Assembly: GCA_965223865.1 (NCBI GenBank)
Contig: OZ245020.1
Coordinates: forward strand, 128,001-192,000
DNA: 64,000 nt
From: Nitrosarchaeum sp.
Lineage (GTDB): Archaea; Thermoproteota; Nitrososphaeria; Nitrososphaerales; Nitrosopumilaceae
Direction of reading: 5' to 3'
How positions within the stretch are numbered: position 1 is the stretch's first letter; each line of letters begins with the position of its first letter. The notes below the pieces were generated by a model. The model saw only the letters and a list, made by a program, of their open reading frames with translations. It ran no database searches and was not told the DNA's origin. Positions 18,390 to 27,781 of the stretch are shown piece by piece. The translations under genes were made by a program, and so were the position numbers.

Positions 18390-19880
18390 ATGCAATTATT
18401 TAATTGGAAACACGACACATTGACTATGATGAAGGAAGTTATTTTTGCAGTAATACTATTGTCTATATTTCCAGTAGCATATGCACAGGATTATCCAGAA
18501 TATGGGGTACGAGTAGAAACTGTGGCTGATAACCTATCAATTCCATGGAGCATTGATTTTGCTCCTGATAATAGAATATTTTTCACTGAGAGAACAGGAA
18601 ATCTTCGGGTAATAGAGGATGGTCAGGTGCTTCCACCAATAATGTCCCTTGATGTTGCAGGTGGAGAGGGAGGACTGTTAGGTATTGCCCTTGATCCGGA
18701 TTTTGAGGAAAATCATTTTCTTTATCTATATTTTACATATAACGAATTTTTTGAAACAAAAAACAAGGTTGTAAGATATGTTGAATCTAACAGTTCTCTT
18801 AGAGAAGATAAGACAATTCAGGAACCTTTTGCAGGGGCCTCATACCATGATGGTGGTAGGTTAAAGTTCGGACCTGATGGAAAACTATACATCACAACAG
18901 GGGATGCAGGAAATCCAGACGCATCACAAAATAAAGAAACGGTTGTTGGAAAAATTCTCAGAATAAATTCAGATGGCACTATTCCTACTGATAATCCATT
19001 TGGAACTGCAGTTTATTCATGGGGTCACAGAAATCCGCAGGGCATAGACTGGGATGCAAATGGTAAAATGCTTGCAACAGAACATGGTCCATCTGGATGG
19101 AGAGGAGTAGCACATGATGAAATCAACGAGATTCTTCCTGGAGGCAACTATGGATGGCCCGACATTATAGGTGATGAGAAAAAGCAGAACATGATAAATC
19201 CGATATTGCATTCAGGGGATGATACATGGGCTCCATCTGGAGCTACATTTTACTATGGTGAAAAAATTCCACAGTGGACTGGAAAGTTTTTTGTTGCAAC
19301 ACTTAGAGGAGAACACCTTCACATGATATCTTTTGAACAAAATGAAATTTCATCTCATGAAAAATTATTTCTTGGAGACTATGGCCGACTACGAGATGTA
19401 GTAGAGGGTCCTGATGAATATCTTTACTTGCTTACAAGCAACAGGGATGGACGTGGCAGTCCTGAAGTAAATGATGATAAAATTCTAAGAATTGTGCCAA
19501 TTCCAGTTATTAACAGTTTTGAGCAGTGTGTTGATGCAGGAAATCCCGTAATGGAATCATACCCAAGACAATGCAGAACACAAGATGGAAAGCATTTTGT
19601 CGAGGATATTTCAAAAATTCCAGACTGGGTAAGGAAAACTGCAAAATGGTGGTCTCTAACACAAATTTCTGATCAGGACTTTGCATTGAGTCTTGAATAT
19701 CTCATAAATCAAAGAATCATCATAATTCCAAAAGAAACAGCATCTGAAGGCAATCCAGAATCACAATTACCTTCTTGGCTTCGAGAAAATGCAGGATGGT
19801 GGAGCCAGGAATTGATAGATGATGATGAATTTTTCAGAGGAATCCAGTGGATGATAAATAATGGATTTATCAAAATCTAG
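18390..19880 (+). CDS. PQQ-dependent glucose/sorbosone dehydrogenase-like protein with duplicated thaumarchaeal IPxW..A.WW C-terminal domain
   Basis: PWSIDF, GGLLGIALDPDF, HDGGRLKFGPDG, GHRNPQG, NYGWP, GRLRDV; start probably near 18426. Confidence 0.92.
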   Translation: MQLFNWKHDTLTMMKEVIFAVILLSIFPVAYAQDYPEYGVRVETVADNLSIPWSIDFAPDNRIFFTERTGNLRVIEDGQVLPPIMSLDVAGGEGGLLGIALDPDFEENHFLYLYFTYNEFFETKNKVVRYVESNSSLREDKTIQEPFAGASYHDGGRLKFGPDGKLYITTGDAGNPDASQNKETVVGKILRINSDGTIPTDNPFGTAVYSWGHRNPQGIDWDANGKMLATEHGPSGWRGVAHDEINEILPGGNYGWPDIIGDEKKQNMINPILHSGDDTWAPSGATFYYGEKIPQWTGKFFVATLRGEHLHMISFEQNEISSHEKLFLGDYGRLRDVVEGPDEYLYLLTSNRDGRGSPEVNDDKILRIVPIPVINSFEQCVDAGNPVMESYPRQCRTQDGKHFVEDISKIPDWVRKTAKWWSLTQISDQDFALSLEYLINQRIIIIPKETASEGNPESQLPSWLRENAGWWSQELIDDDEFFRGIQWMINNGFIKI

Positions 19881-20283
19881 ATGCTAGCCTGATTTATTCT
19901 CCTTTGGGATAGGCGGAATATGGATGAATACAACTTGTCTTTTCTTTCTTAGACGAAACATAAAACCAATAATACAAAATTTGGTTATAAAGCTCAAGTA
20001 GGAGTTATCTTTTATCCATTTGAGATTTTTTTCTTTCAGCAAGAAATGATTACTTTGATTGCATTCCTGCAACAATTACTAAAAGAGCCAAAACTGCAAA
20101 ACAGGTTCAGAAAAATTAAGACTTGAAAACTTGCATTTGCAAAAAAGTGTCAGAAAAGATCATAATTTTCTAGTACAACCGTAGAATGTACCAATTCCTT
20201 TTTTATCAGAAATGACTAAACCCAAATACTAACAGGCTGTTCACGTCGTTTATCTTGCCAAAAATAACCTGACCAGTTATCTG

Positions 20284-20339
20284 CCTGACTGCAACGAGGA
20301 GTCATTCTAATGCAGTCAGGTACATTCATCAAATGTACC
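20284..20339. other. Two adjacent hairpins in long intergenic region
   Basis: CCTGACTGCA/TGCAGTCAGG (10 bp) and GGTACATT/AATGTACC (8 bp). Confidence 0.45.
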
Positions 20340-20548
20340 AATTGTGTTTATAATCTTAATTTAGCAGTAAAGATGTCTGTACAAGTCATCTCATGGTTGT
20401 ATGAAGACATCCCAACTATACAACCAGGGTATTTTTCATAATACTCTCCCAGAAATATTACAAATTCCTTCAACTGCAAATACAAGGCCGGAATGTAATT
20501 TCTTAGTTAAGGATCTCCTTTTTATTTTGGTACGACCTATATTATATA

Positions 20549-20650
20549 GAAAGCTGACACAATCTCCTATTGTCAAAAGTTGGCGATTGTTTACCGGTCT
20601 GAGCATAAAGGCAGGGCTGCGTAAAGGTTGTTCCGCACTAGTCAGCTTTC
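20549..20650 (+). ncRNA. Candidate structured ncRNA (~100 nt, multi-stem)
   Basis: 10-bp closing stem GAAAGCTGAC/GTCAGCTTTC with two internal stems; GC-rich island in AT-rich DNA. Confidence 0.4.
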
Positions 20651-20778
20651 GAATTTTTACTGAATGTAAGTTAATTTTTGAAGTTTATGATTAAGCTATT
20701 TAAGACTCAAAACACATCAAGCGATCAAAAATTAATTTTCACACCCCAGGCTAAATTAAGAATTTTAAATCAACTATC

Positions 20779-20943
20779 ATGAGTGAAATGCAGTTAGGAG
20801 ACAGGATAAAGATGGCACATACCATTAAGGTTAGAAAAGCAATGAGAAGAAATCTAGCACTTGAAGTAAGCTGGTATGATGTTCATGGAGAATCTCACAC
20901 ACAAGAATTTTCAGTTAAAGAAGGTTCAACAATAGAGTTTTAA
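20779..20943 (+). CDS. Small hypothetical protein (54 aa)
   Basis: MSEMQLGDRIKMAHTIKVRKAMRRNLALEVSWYDVHGESHTQEFSVKEGSTIEF, followed by T-rich terminator-like tract. Confidence 0.7.
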   Translation: MSEMQLGDRIKMAHTIKVRKAMRRNLALEVSWYDVHGESHTQEFSVKEGSTIEF

Positions 20944-21066
20944 CTCTTCTTTTTTTGTTTTTAAAAAAATTATCAATAAATCTTGGATTTTTTATAAAAA
21001 AAATCAAATGCTGATAAAATTATTCTAGGAAAAAGAGTTTTTATCATAGTGTAAAATTGACAGATT

Positions 21067-21222
21067 ATGGCAAAACGCATTACAATAATGTTAGACGACG
21101 ATTTGGTCACAAAGATAAGACAAAAACAAGCAAAGATGATTCAAAAAGAAAACAAATCTGTCAGTTTCTCAAAGGTAATAAATCTGATTATAGAAGATTC
21201 ACTAAAAAAGAAAACTAGTTAG
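21067..21222 (+). CDS. Ribbon-helix-helix (CopG-like) microprotein
   Basis: MAKRITIMLDDDLVTKIRQKQAKMIQKENKSVSFSKVINLIIEDSLKKKTS. Confidence 0.75.
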   Translation: MAKRITIMLDDDLVTKIRQKQAKMIQKENKSVSFSKVINLIIEDSLKKKTS

Positions 21223-21279
21223 TAACTAAAATCAACTTTAAACAATTCTTGTAGTATTGACAAATCCAAAGGTAAAAAA

Positions 21280-22563
21280 TCACGTGTTGTTCCAAACATA
21301 GTCAAACAAATCAATGCACCAAGAGATGAAATCCTGATTTCTGCTAAACATCAAATTGTTATCATCAATGGTTCCATCCTGATTTAAAAATCCCAGGCAG
21401 GCAGATTTATCTGAAACGCCTAAAATAATGGGAATGTTTTTTGCAATTTTTCCTTTAAAGCTTCCATACAGCATAGATTTTTCTGATTCAAGTTTTTTTG
21501 TTAAATTTTGCCAATTGGGAGAATTGACGGTATTATTATCTGATATATGAGATATTTTGATCTTTTTTTTCATTAGTTTTGAGACTGTAGGAAATTCTAA
21601 GTTAAAGTAATTTTTTAGTATAATCAGTTTTACAAATTCTTTTGAATCGTTAAAAAAAGTATTGAGTCTTTCTTCTTTTCCTGAGACCATTTCAAATTCT
21701 TGTAAATCTCCTATTCTTTGTAAAAACTGTATTGGAATTAACGACAGATTATGGGTTTTAAAATATTCACGTTTTTCAAATAAAAATTGAATTGAGGGAA
21801 TCTGTTTTGCAACTACAAAACCAAGTTCTGTAAGTGAAACATTACCATCTGATTTTTTTTCAATGATATCTAATTCAATTAATTTTGGAAAATGTTTTTG
21901 AAGTGCTTGGAGAGTCATGTTCAATTTTTTAGCAAGTTGAGAGAGTGTCATGTTTTGTTCATATAAATAAAAAATCATAGATCGACGAATTTCATTATCT
22001 AGGGCAGAAAAAATATCAAGTTTTTGTTGATTTGATTTGTTTTTAATCTCTCTAATTTTTTGTTTAGCAGGGGTTGCAGTTTTCCATAAACTATCAAAAA
22101 AATTTTGTTGTTGTTCTACAACATCAATGACATTACTATATACCACTTGAGTTAGGGGTTTTGATTCGTGAAGAATATTGGTTGCCATGTACTCAGTTTC
22201 ACTTATTGCAGTACCTCCTTTGATATTGTCAAGATGTCGCATTTCATCAACAATATCCATCAAGTCTTTACAATATTCTATGTTCTCTTTGGTAACTTCT
22301 GTAATTACTCTAATTTTTCCTCCTCTTTTTCTAATTTCGATATACCCATTCTTGTACTGATCTACGTTTAGAACTATTGATGGGGCCTTGCTGTCATAAC
22401 ATAGGTCCATTTTCTTGTTGATTTTTTGCATAAATTCTACTCCTTTTGCAACAGCGTCTTTGGTACCATAGATGATTTTCATTGTATCATTAACACGAGA
22501 ATAATTAGAAATAGCCAATTCGTTACTTTTTTGATCAAATTTGGAATCTTGAGATTTGCTCAT
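21280..22563 (-). CDS. Multidomain transcriptional regulator (TrmB-effector-like N-term, central wHTH, DUF1724-like C-term)
   Basis: GGKIRVITEVTKENIEYCK...RHLDNIKG...FFDSLW; FSALDNEIRRSMI...LSQLAKKL; FISWCIDLFDYVW. Confidence 0.75.
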   Translation of the reverse strand: MSKSQDSKFDQKSNELAISNYSRVNDTMKIIYGTKDAVAKGVEFMQKINKKMDLCYDSKAPSIVLNVDQYKNGYIEIRKRGGKIRVITEVTKENIEYCKDLMDIVDEMRHLDNIKGGTAISETEYMATNILHESKPLTQVVYSNVIDVVEQQQNFFDSLWKTATPAKQKIREIKNKSNQQKLDIFSALDNEIRRSMIFYLYEQNMTLSQLAKKLNMTLQALQKHFPKLIELDIIEKKSDGNVSLTELGFVVAKQIPSIQFLFEKREYFKTHNLSLIPIQFLQRIGDLQEFEMVSGKEERLNTFFNDSKEFVKLIILKNYFNLEFPTVSKLMKKKIKISHISDNNTVNSPNWQNLTKKLESEKSMLYGSFKGKIAKNIPIILGVSDKSACLGFLNQDGTIDDNNLMFSRNQDFISWCIDLFDYVWNNT

Positions 22564-22724
22564 AAAAGTTTCAGACGTCAGAAATATTAAAAAACATTCA
22601 TTTTTTCAAAGAATATTTTGTCAAAAACTTCCATGTCCGAAGGTAAAAATTGATTTTTTTAAAAAAAATCAATGATCTTGTTTTTTAGGTACTACTAAAC
22701 CAAGTGGTTTACTAGTATTCTTTT

Positions 22725-23033
22725 TTGTTGTTAATTATTTTTATCATTAGACCAAAAAAATCCTTTGTGAAACTTGGATCTCGTTTTTGTGATACCTGTC
22801 AGTGTGAGATAAATGATGATTTATGCAGATTTTTTATTTTGAAGGATGTGGATGATAATCCCAGAGTATTGCACTTTCATTATTTTTTTCCTTGTTGGGA
22901 TTTTGAGATGTTCTGCCAAAAATATCCTAATCTAGAATTCATCAAAGGTGGATTTGATTGTGATGAAAAAATTTCTCATAATCCTAATTATGTAAAAAAT
23001 TTACAATCAAATCTAGAAATGTGGTTATCATAG
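22725..23033 (+). CDS. Hypothetical Zn-binding protein
   Basis: CDTC...HFHYFFPCW; start likely GTG near 22767. Confidence 0.65.
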   Translation: MLLIIFIIRPKKSFVKLGSRFCDTCQCEINDDLCRFFILKDVDDNPRVLHFHYFFPCWDFEMFCQKYPNLEFIKGGFDCDEKISHNPNYVKNLQSNLEMWLS

Positions 23034-23180
23034 ATTCAATTTACATCATAAAACAATATTAATAATTCTGGATCTTTTTAGGAATTCAATTTTTATCCTT
23101 AATGACTTGTGGTTTACTTCAAAGTAATCATTCCTAAAAATTAGATTTTATGAAATAAAATTATACAGTTCCTAGTATAT

Positions 23181-23354
23181 CTAGGAACGAGATTTTGTTC
23201 TGAGTATGGCACTGCAACATGGACATCTGACTGAATTAACATCCATAAACAGTCCACAGAATGTGCATCTCTTCTGGCCAAGTGAATACCTTAAACCATT
23301 TCTTACGGGCTTGCCTTCAAACTGATAGCAAAGTCCTCTACAGCTTCGAGCCAT
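23181..23354 (-). CDS. Cys-rich microprotein (CxxxC...CxxC...CPCC)
   Basis: MARSCRGLC...QKRCTFC...RCPCCSAILRTK; paralog at 57199-57372. Confidence 0.8.
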   Translation of the reverse strand: MARSCRGLCYQFEGKPVRNGLRYSLGQKRCTFCGLFMDVNSVRCPCCSAILRTKSRS

Positions 23355-23542
23355 TAGAGACTTCCCCTTATCAATGAATTGTGGCAGCAGGGACATCTAT
23401 GATATTTTGAGATTAGGTAATCATCACATACTGAGCACCACTTTTTGTAAATAGAAGTGCCTGATTTTCTAAATGATGCATCTGCTTGATAATACTTGCA
23501 AATGTTAGAACAGAAATTTGTACTCATATCGCTTACCTCCAT
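23354..23542 (-). CDS. Cys-rich microprotein, same pattern as neighbour
   Basis: CSNIC...WCSVC...RCPCC. Confidence 0.75.
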   Translation of the reverse strand: MEVSDMSTNFCSNICKYYQADASFRKSGTSIYKKWCSVCDDYLISKYHRCPCCHNSLIRGSL

Positions 23543-23722
23543 TTAGCAGGCGCAAGCCTCCTCCCGTTGGAATTTAGAGTCACAGTCTTTACAGTATATT
23601 CCGTAATTGTCGATCTTGACTCCTATATTACCACATGTAACGCAAATCCTGATTGCGTTATTTACAACCCTTTTTTTCTGTTCAAATTCATATGTACTTC
23701 CTAAATTGCTATGGCTATTCAT
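23543..23722 (-). CDS. Zinc-ribbon microprotein
   Basis: CVTC...CKDC; start probably ATG at 23722. Confidence 0.7.
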   Translation of the reverse strand: MNSHSNLGSTYEFEQKKRVVNNAIRICVTCGNIGVKIDNYGIYCKDCDSKFQREEACAC

Positions 23723-23730
23723 GCTTCTAT

Positions 23731-23779
23731 TAGGAATCATTCCTATTAAAGTGTTATTATTTATTCAGAATAATTCCTA
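23731..23779. promoter_or_regulatory. Two 7-1-7 Fur/PerR-box-like palindromes in divergent promoter
   Basis: TAGGAAT-C-ATTCCTA (23731-23745, perfect) and TCAGAAT-A-ATTCCTA (23765-23779). Confidence 0.6.
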
Positions 23780-23821
23780 ATAATAAATAAATATTAAATA
23801 CAGAGAACTAGAAAAAATATC

Positions 23822-24244
23822 ATGCAGTTAGAACAAATTGTTACCTCACTTAGAGAAGAAGGGCATAGAATCACTCCTCAGAGAATAGCAATAATGGATT
23901 ATCTGCTGCATACTGATGACCATCCAAGTGCCGAGAGGGTTCACAACATTGTAAGGAAGAGATATCCAATGGTAAGCCTCTCAACTGTTTACAAAACACT
24001 AGATCTTCTAAGAGAAAAGAAACTTGTAAACGAGATTGAAGTTGAAGGAGAGGCAAGATTTGATGCACATGTTGATGAGCACATAAATCTGGTATGTCTT
24101 AACTGTGGAAAAATAGATGACATTGATGAGAAAGCACTAAAGAATATTCAGACAAAGATCTCAAAAAAATCAGAATATCTCATCATTAAAGGAAGTTTTG
24201 AGATGCATGGTTACTGTAGTAGATGTAAATTAAAATTCGAATAA
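23822..24244 (+). CDS. fur: Fur/PerR family metalloregulator
   Basis: RITPQRIAI, HPSAE, SLSTVYKTL, HINLVCLNCGKI, YCSRC. Confidence 0.95.
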   Translation: MQLEQIVTSLREEGHRITPQRIAIMDYLLHTDDHPSAERVHNIVRKRYPMVSLSTVYKTLDLLREKKLVNEIEVEGEARFDAHVDEHINLVCLNCGKIDDIDEKALKNIQTKISKKSEYLIIKGSFEMHGYCSRCKLKFE

Positions 24245-24565
24245 ACTTTAGGTTCAATTATAGATAATTTCATTTTCAATCTTCAATAAATTAAGAATAT
24301 TTTTTTTGTACATTTAGAAAACTTTCTTTTGTTGCATCACAAAAAAAATTCAATGTTGGGAAGTTAATTTTCTACTGGTTCTCAAATAAAATGAGGAACT
24401 CATTCGTGATATAACAATGAGAATAATTCTAGAAGTCAATGCATATCTGCTCTTAATAGAAGATACTGATAAAAGGAAATTCTAGGAGGATTCATTAGAC
24501 AGGATACACAGCGGAGTAGAACAATAGTCTTTCAGAATTTAAGATTAATAGAACAAAATTTAATG

Positions 24566-24690
24566 GCGTAACCCTTTTTTCGCAGAACTATGAGAGATTT
24601 CCTCTCTTTGTCAGGTCGTCATGACGCCTGATTGCCATTTTCGTTCTGCAGGGCTACGCGGTCTATTTGAAGTCTAGGATGCCTAGTGAC
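24566..24690 (-). ncRNA. Candidate structured ncRNA (~125 nt)
   Basis: Nested stems 24566-75/24650-59 and 24582-88/24643-49, internal hairpins, extra hairpin 24674-86, TATA-like TTAAATA about 25 nt upstream on minus strand. Confidence 0.5.
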
Positions 24691-24902
24691 ATCGATTTAA
24701 TTTGTCAAATGTGCTATTTAATATCTAATACAGGAATTTTGAACATTTGTTTAGTTTAGAAATTGCTCTGATCTGGATCTAGGTGAGGGCAATTTGTTTC
24801 TCAGTTTACAGATTATTTGATCTGACAGAATAAACAATTTCAATATATTAAAAATCAAATATTTCGAAACTACTTTAAACTGGATAAAAATCAAAAAGAA
24901 TC

Positions 24903-25157
24903 ATGTTATCATACATGCTTCTAAATTGTAGTCCAGGTTCCGAATCTGAGGTAATTTCTGAAATAAGTAATCTTCCAGGAGTGATAGAGGTAAATGGCGT
25001 ATTGGGAAAATATGATGTATTTGTAAAAATATCAGCAGATAATCCTGATGCCATGGAAATAACGGTTTCACAAATAAGAAAAGTAAAGATGGTAAGCAGC
25101 CACACATTACCTGTGGTGTATGGCCAGGGTGGGACAATAGATAAAGAAATCAACTAG
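24903..25157 (+). CDS. Lrp/AsnC ligand-binding (RAM) domain protein
   Basis: LPGVIEVNGVLGKYDVFVKI...IRKV...SHTL. Confidence 0.88.
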   Translation: MLSYMLLNCSPGSESEVISEISNLPGVIEVNGVLGKYDVFVKISADNPDAMEITVSQIRKVKMVSSHTLPVVYGQGGTIDKEIN

Positions 25158-25304
25158 GCCTGAATTTGATTACTATGGTAGCTAGCAGCCTAAATTTTCA
25201 GCATACATGATAAAACTATTGAGATTCATAATCTGCATATTTGAAATTAATACCTCTTTGATTTTCTGCTAAAATAAAAAAGAGAAGATAACACCTACAG
25301 TAAA

Positions 25305-26087
25305 ATGAAAGTAAAGATTGGATGTACTGGTTGGAGTTATTCTGGTTGGTCTGGCACATTTTATCCAAAGGGTATGAAGAGTTCTGACTGGTTAAAATAT
25401 TATTCACAAATTTTTGACATTACTGAAATAAATTCAACTTTTTACAAGATACCTGATAAATCTATTACAAAGCGATGGCATGACGATACTCCAGATAACT
25501 TTAGGTTTACAGCAAAATTTCCAAAGATAATAACACATGAAAAAAGACTGAAAGACGTCAGTTCTGATGTGTTTTCATTTCTTGCTGCACTAACTCCACT
25601 TTATCAAAAAATTTCTGCTCTGGTTTTACAAATGCCTCCCTCTTTGTCATTTTATGAGGCAAAATCTAGGCTTGAGAGCTTATTTTCTTTATTGCCTGAT
25701 GATTTTTTGTATCCAATTGAAGGAAGACATGAATCCTGGTTCTCTGAGGAAGCAATAGACTATCTTAAAGAAAAAAATCTTTGCTTGGTTGGGAATGAAA
25801 TTGCAGGAGTCAATAATCCAAAGCCAGTTACATCTGATTACCTATATGTCAGATTAATCGGAGATCGCTCTATTTCTGATTCAGATTTTGGTATGGTATC
25901 AAAGGATAGAAGTGAATTGATAAAGTCATGGGCCAAAATCCTTCAATCACGAAATATTCCTCTTGCGTTGGTAATGGCAAATAATCATTTTGAAGGGTTT
26001 GGTCCAGCAACTGCAAACTCGTTAAGACTTGAGCTTGGAATGTCAGAACTGATCTGGGAAGAAAAAAAGCAAGCAAAACTAATCTAG
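25305..26087 (+). CDS. DUF72 domain protein
   Basis: IGCTGWSY, EINSTFY, FTAKFPKIITH, EGRHESW, NNHFEG. Confidence 0.95.
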   Translation: MKVKIGCTGWSYSGWSGTFYPKGMKSSDWLKYYSQIFDITEINSTFYKIPDKSITKRWHDDTPDNFRFTAKFPKIITHEKRLKDVSSDVFSFLAALTPLYQKISALVLQMPPSLSFYEAKSRLESLFSLLPDDFLYPIEGRHESWFSEEAIDYLKEKNLCLVGNEIAGVNNPKPVTSDYLYVRLIGDRSISDSDFGMVSKDRSELIKSWAKILQSRNIPLALVMANNHFEGFGPATANSLRLELGMSELIWEEKKQAKLI

Positions 26088-26177
26088 CCAGTTTAACAAA
26101 AGTAAAATGAATTAAAAAAGATAAAAAAAATTCTAAAAATCCAGTTGATTAAAATACATAAAAATGTAAAAAACATT

Positions 26178-26279
26178 ATGAAGTGTTCTAGTTGTTCAAG
26201 GGATTTAGATGAGCATAATTTTGTTACCGCCTATTATTGTTATCAAAAGATAAAAATTCTAAAAGAAATGGCGAGCTAA
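26178..26279 (+). CDS. C2HC Zn-finger microprotein (33 aa)
   Basis: MKCSSCSRDLDEHNFVTAYYCYQKIKILKEMAS. Confidence 0.55.
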   Translation: MKCSSCSRDLDEHNFVTAYYCYQKIKILKEMAS

Positions 26280-26393
26280 TACCATTTACCTTTTTTGAAA
26301 GAGTATGTCAAATACCATAAAAGGAACCAAGAAAAGATAATTCAAACCTAATATCATTTCAGTATTTGATTTATTCATTGGGGTAACTAATTT

Positions 26394-26918
26394 TTAAAAA
26401 CTGTTTAATCCAGTTCCGAAATAATATCCAGATAGAATTGTTCCACCAGACCAGACACAAGAGCCACAGAATGTGTACAAGACAAACTTTAGAATTTTCA
26501 TCCTTAGCAATCCAGCTGGAATTGAGATCATCTCTCTCATTACGGGAACTACTCTTCCAAAAAATACAGCCTTATCACCATACTTTTCAAACCATGCCTC
26601 AACTTTTTCCAGTTTTTTCTCTGAAACCCTAACTTTTTTGAGATATCTCAAAAGAATTGTTCTTCCAAGTTTTAATGCAATAAAATAGAGTGTAGAGGTA
26701 CCAATAGTAGCTCCTGCTGCACCCAATAATATCATAGGGATTACAGAAATAAGTGGCATTTGTTGTTGAGATGCCAAAAATCCTGCGGTAGGAAATATAG
26801 CAAGGGTAGGTACTGGTGGAACTATTGTCTCAATCAGCGCTGCAAGAAAAATTCCTTCGTATAGATGATCTCCTAAAAACTCTGAAATCCATATCAAAAA
26901 TGAATCTAGTAATTCCAA
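26394..26918 (-). CDS. DedA family membrane protein
   Basis: LIETIVPPVP, WFEKYG, FFGRVVPVMR, ISIPAG. Confidence 0.93.
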   Translation of the reverse strand: MELLDSFLIWISEFLGDHLYEGIFLAALIETIVPPVPTLAIFPTAGFLASQQQMPLISVIPMILLGAAGATIGTSTLYFIALKLGRTILLRYLKKVRVSEKKLEKVEAWFEKYGDKAVFFGRVVPVMREMISIPAGLLRMKILKFVLYTFCGSCVWSGGTILSGYYFGTGLNSF

Positions 26919-27287
26919 TATGATCTCAACATGCTCCCCATCTAAATTACTTTAAAAAAATTGTTGGCTAAATCAGAACACCCAATAATTCATGAATTAT
27001 TGGATTTGTTTTAACTTATCCTAGCACTAATGAGGCTTGGACATCAGATTCTAGTAATGAAATTGCTAATCTTGTAAATGCAATTGCAAAATGCCCGTTT
27101 GAGGTTGCAATTACTAATGCCAAAATTATTACAAGTGCTAATGTTAGTTTTGCAATAGTCAAATGATAAACAGTCAAAATATTATCAGTTTCGCGGTTTT
27201 TTTGCTAATGATTTCTTTGTTTTAGAAATTTTCAAATTATAACAAAAAACCAACTGAATTAATAATTAGAAAATATTTCCAGGAATA

Positions 27288-27704
27288 TTGAGCTATAATT
27301 TTTTAGATCATGCAACTGATGCAATAATTGAAGTAAGGGCAAAGGATCTGATAGAAGCATTTACAGTAACAGCTGATGCTGTCATAAACATTACACTAGA
27401 CCAAGACAAGGTAGAAGAAAAAGAAGAAAAAGAGATTGTGGCAAAAGGAAAAGATCTTAGATACCTCCTTTTTAGTTGGTTAGAAGAGATTACTTTTGTT
27501 CTGATAACTGAAGGGTTTGCAATAAGAAGAGTGAAGGTAGACGTTTCAGAACAAAATGGCTATACAATCAATGCAAAGGTGTTTGGAGAACCTCTTGACT
27601 TTAAAAAACATAATTTCAAGGTAGAAATCAAAGCTCCTACGTTTTATGACATGGAAATCAAGAAAAATAATGAAGTGTACATGAGATTTTTATTAGATTT
27701 ATGA
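27288..27704 (+). CDS. Archease
   Basis: YNFLDHATD...EIKAPTFY...FLLDL. Confidence 0.95.
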   Translation: MSYNFLDHATDAIIEVRAKDLIEAFTVTADAVINITLDQDKVEEKEEKEIVAKGKDLRYLLFSWLEEITFVLITEGFAIRRVKVDVSEQNGYTINAKVFGEPLDFKKHNFKVEIKAPTFYDMEIKKNNEVYMRFLLDL

Positions 27705-27781
27705 TTTTGTGAATAATTCTTAGCAAAGAATGAGAAGAAGTTATACGCTTTTTTTAAAAACAGACAATTAAAACCAGTAAT

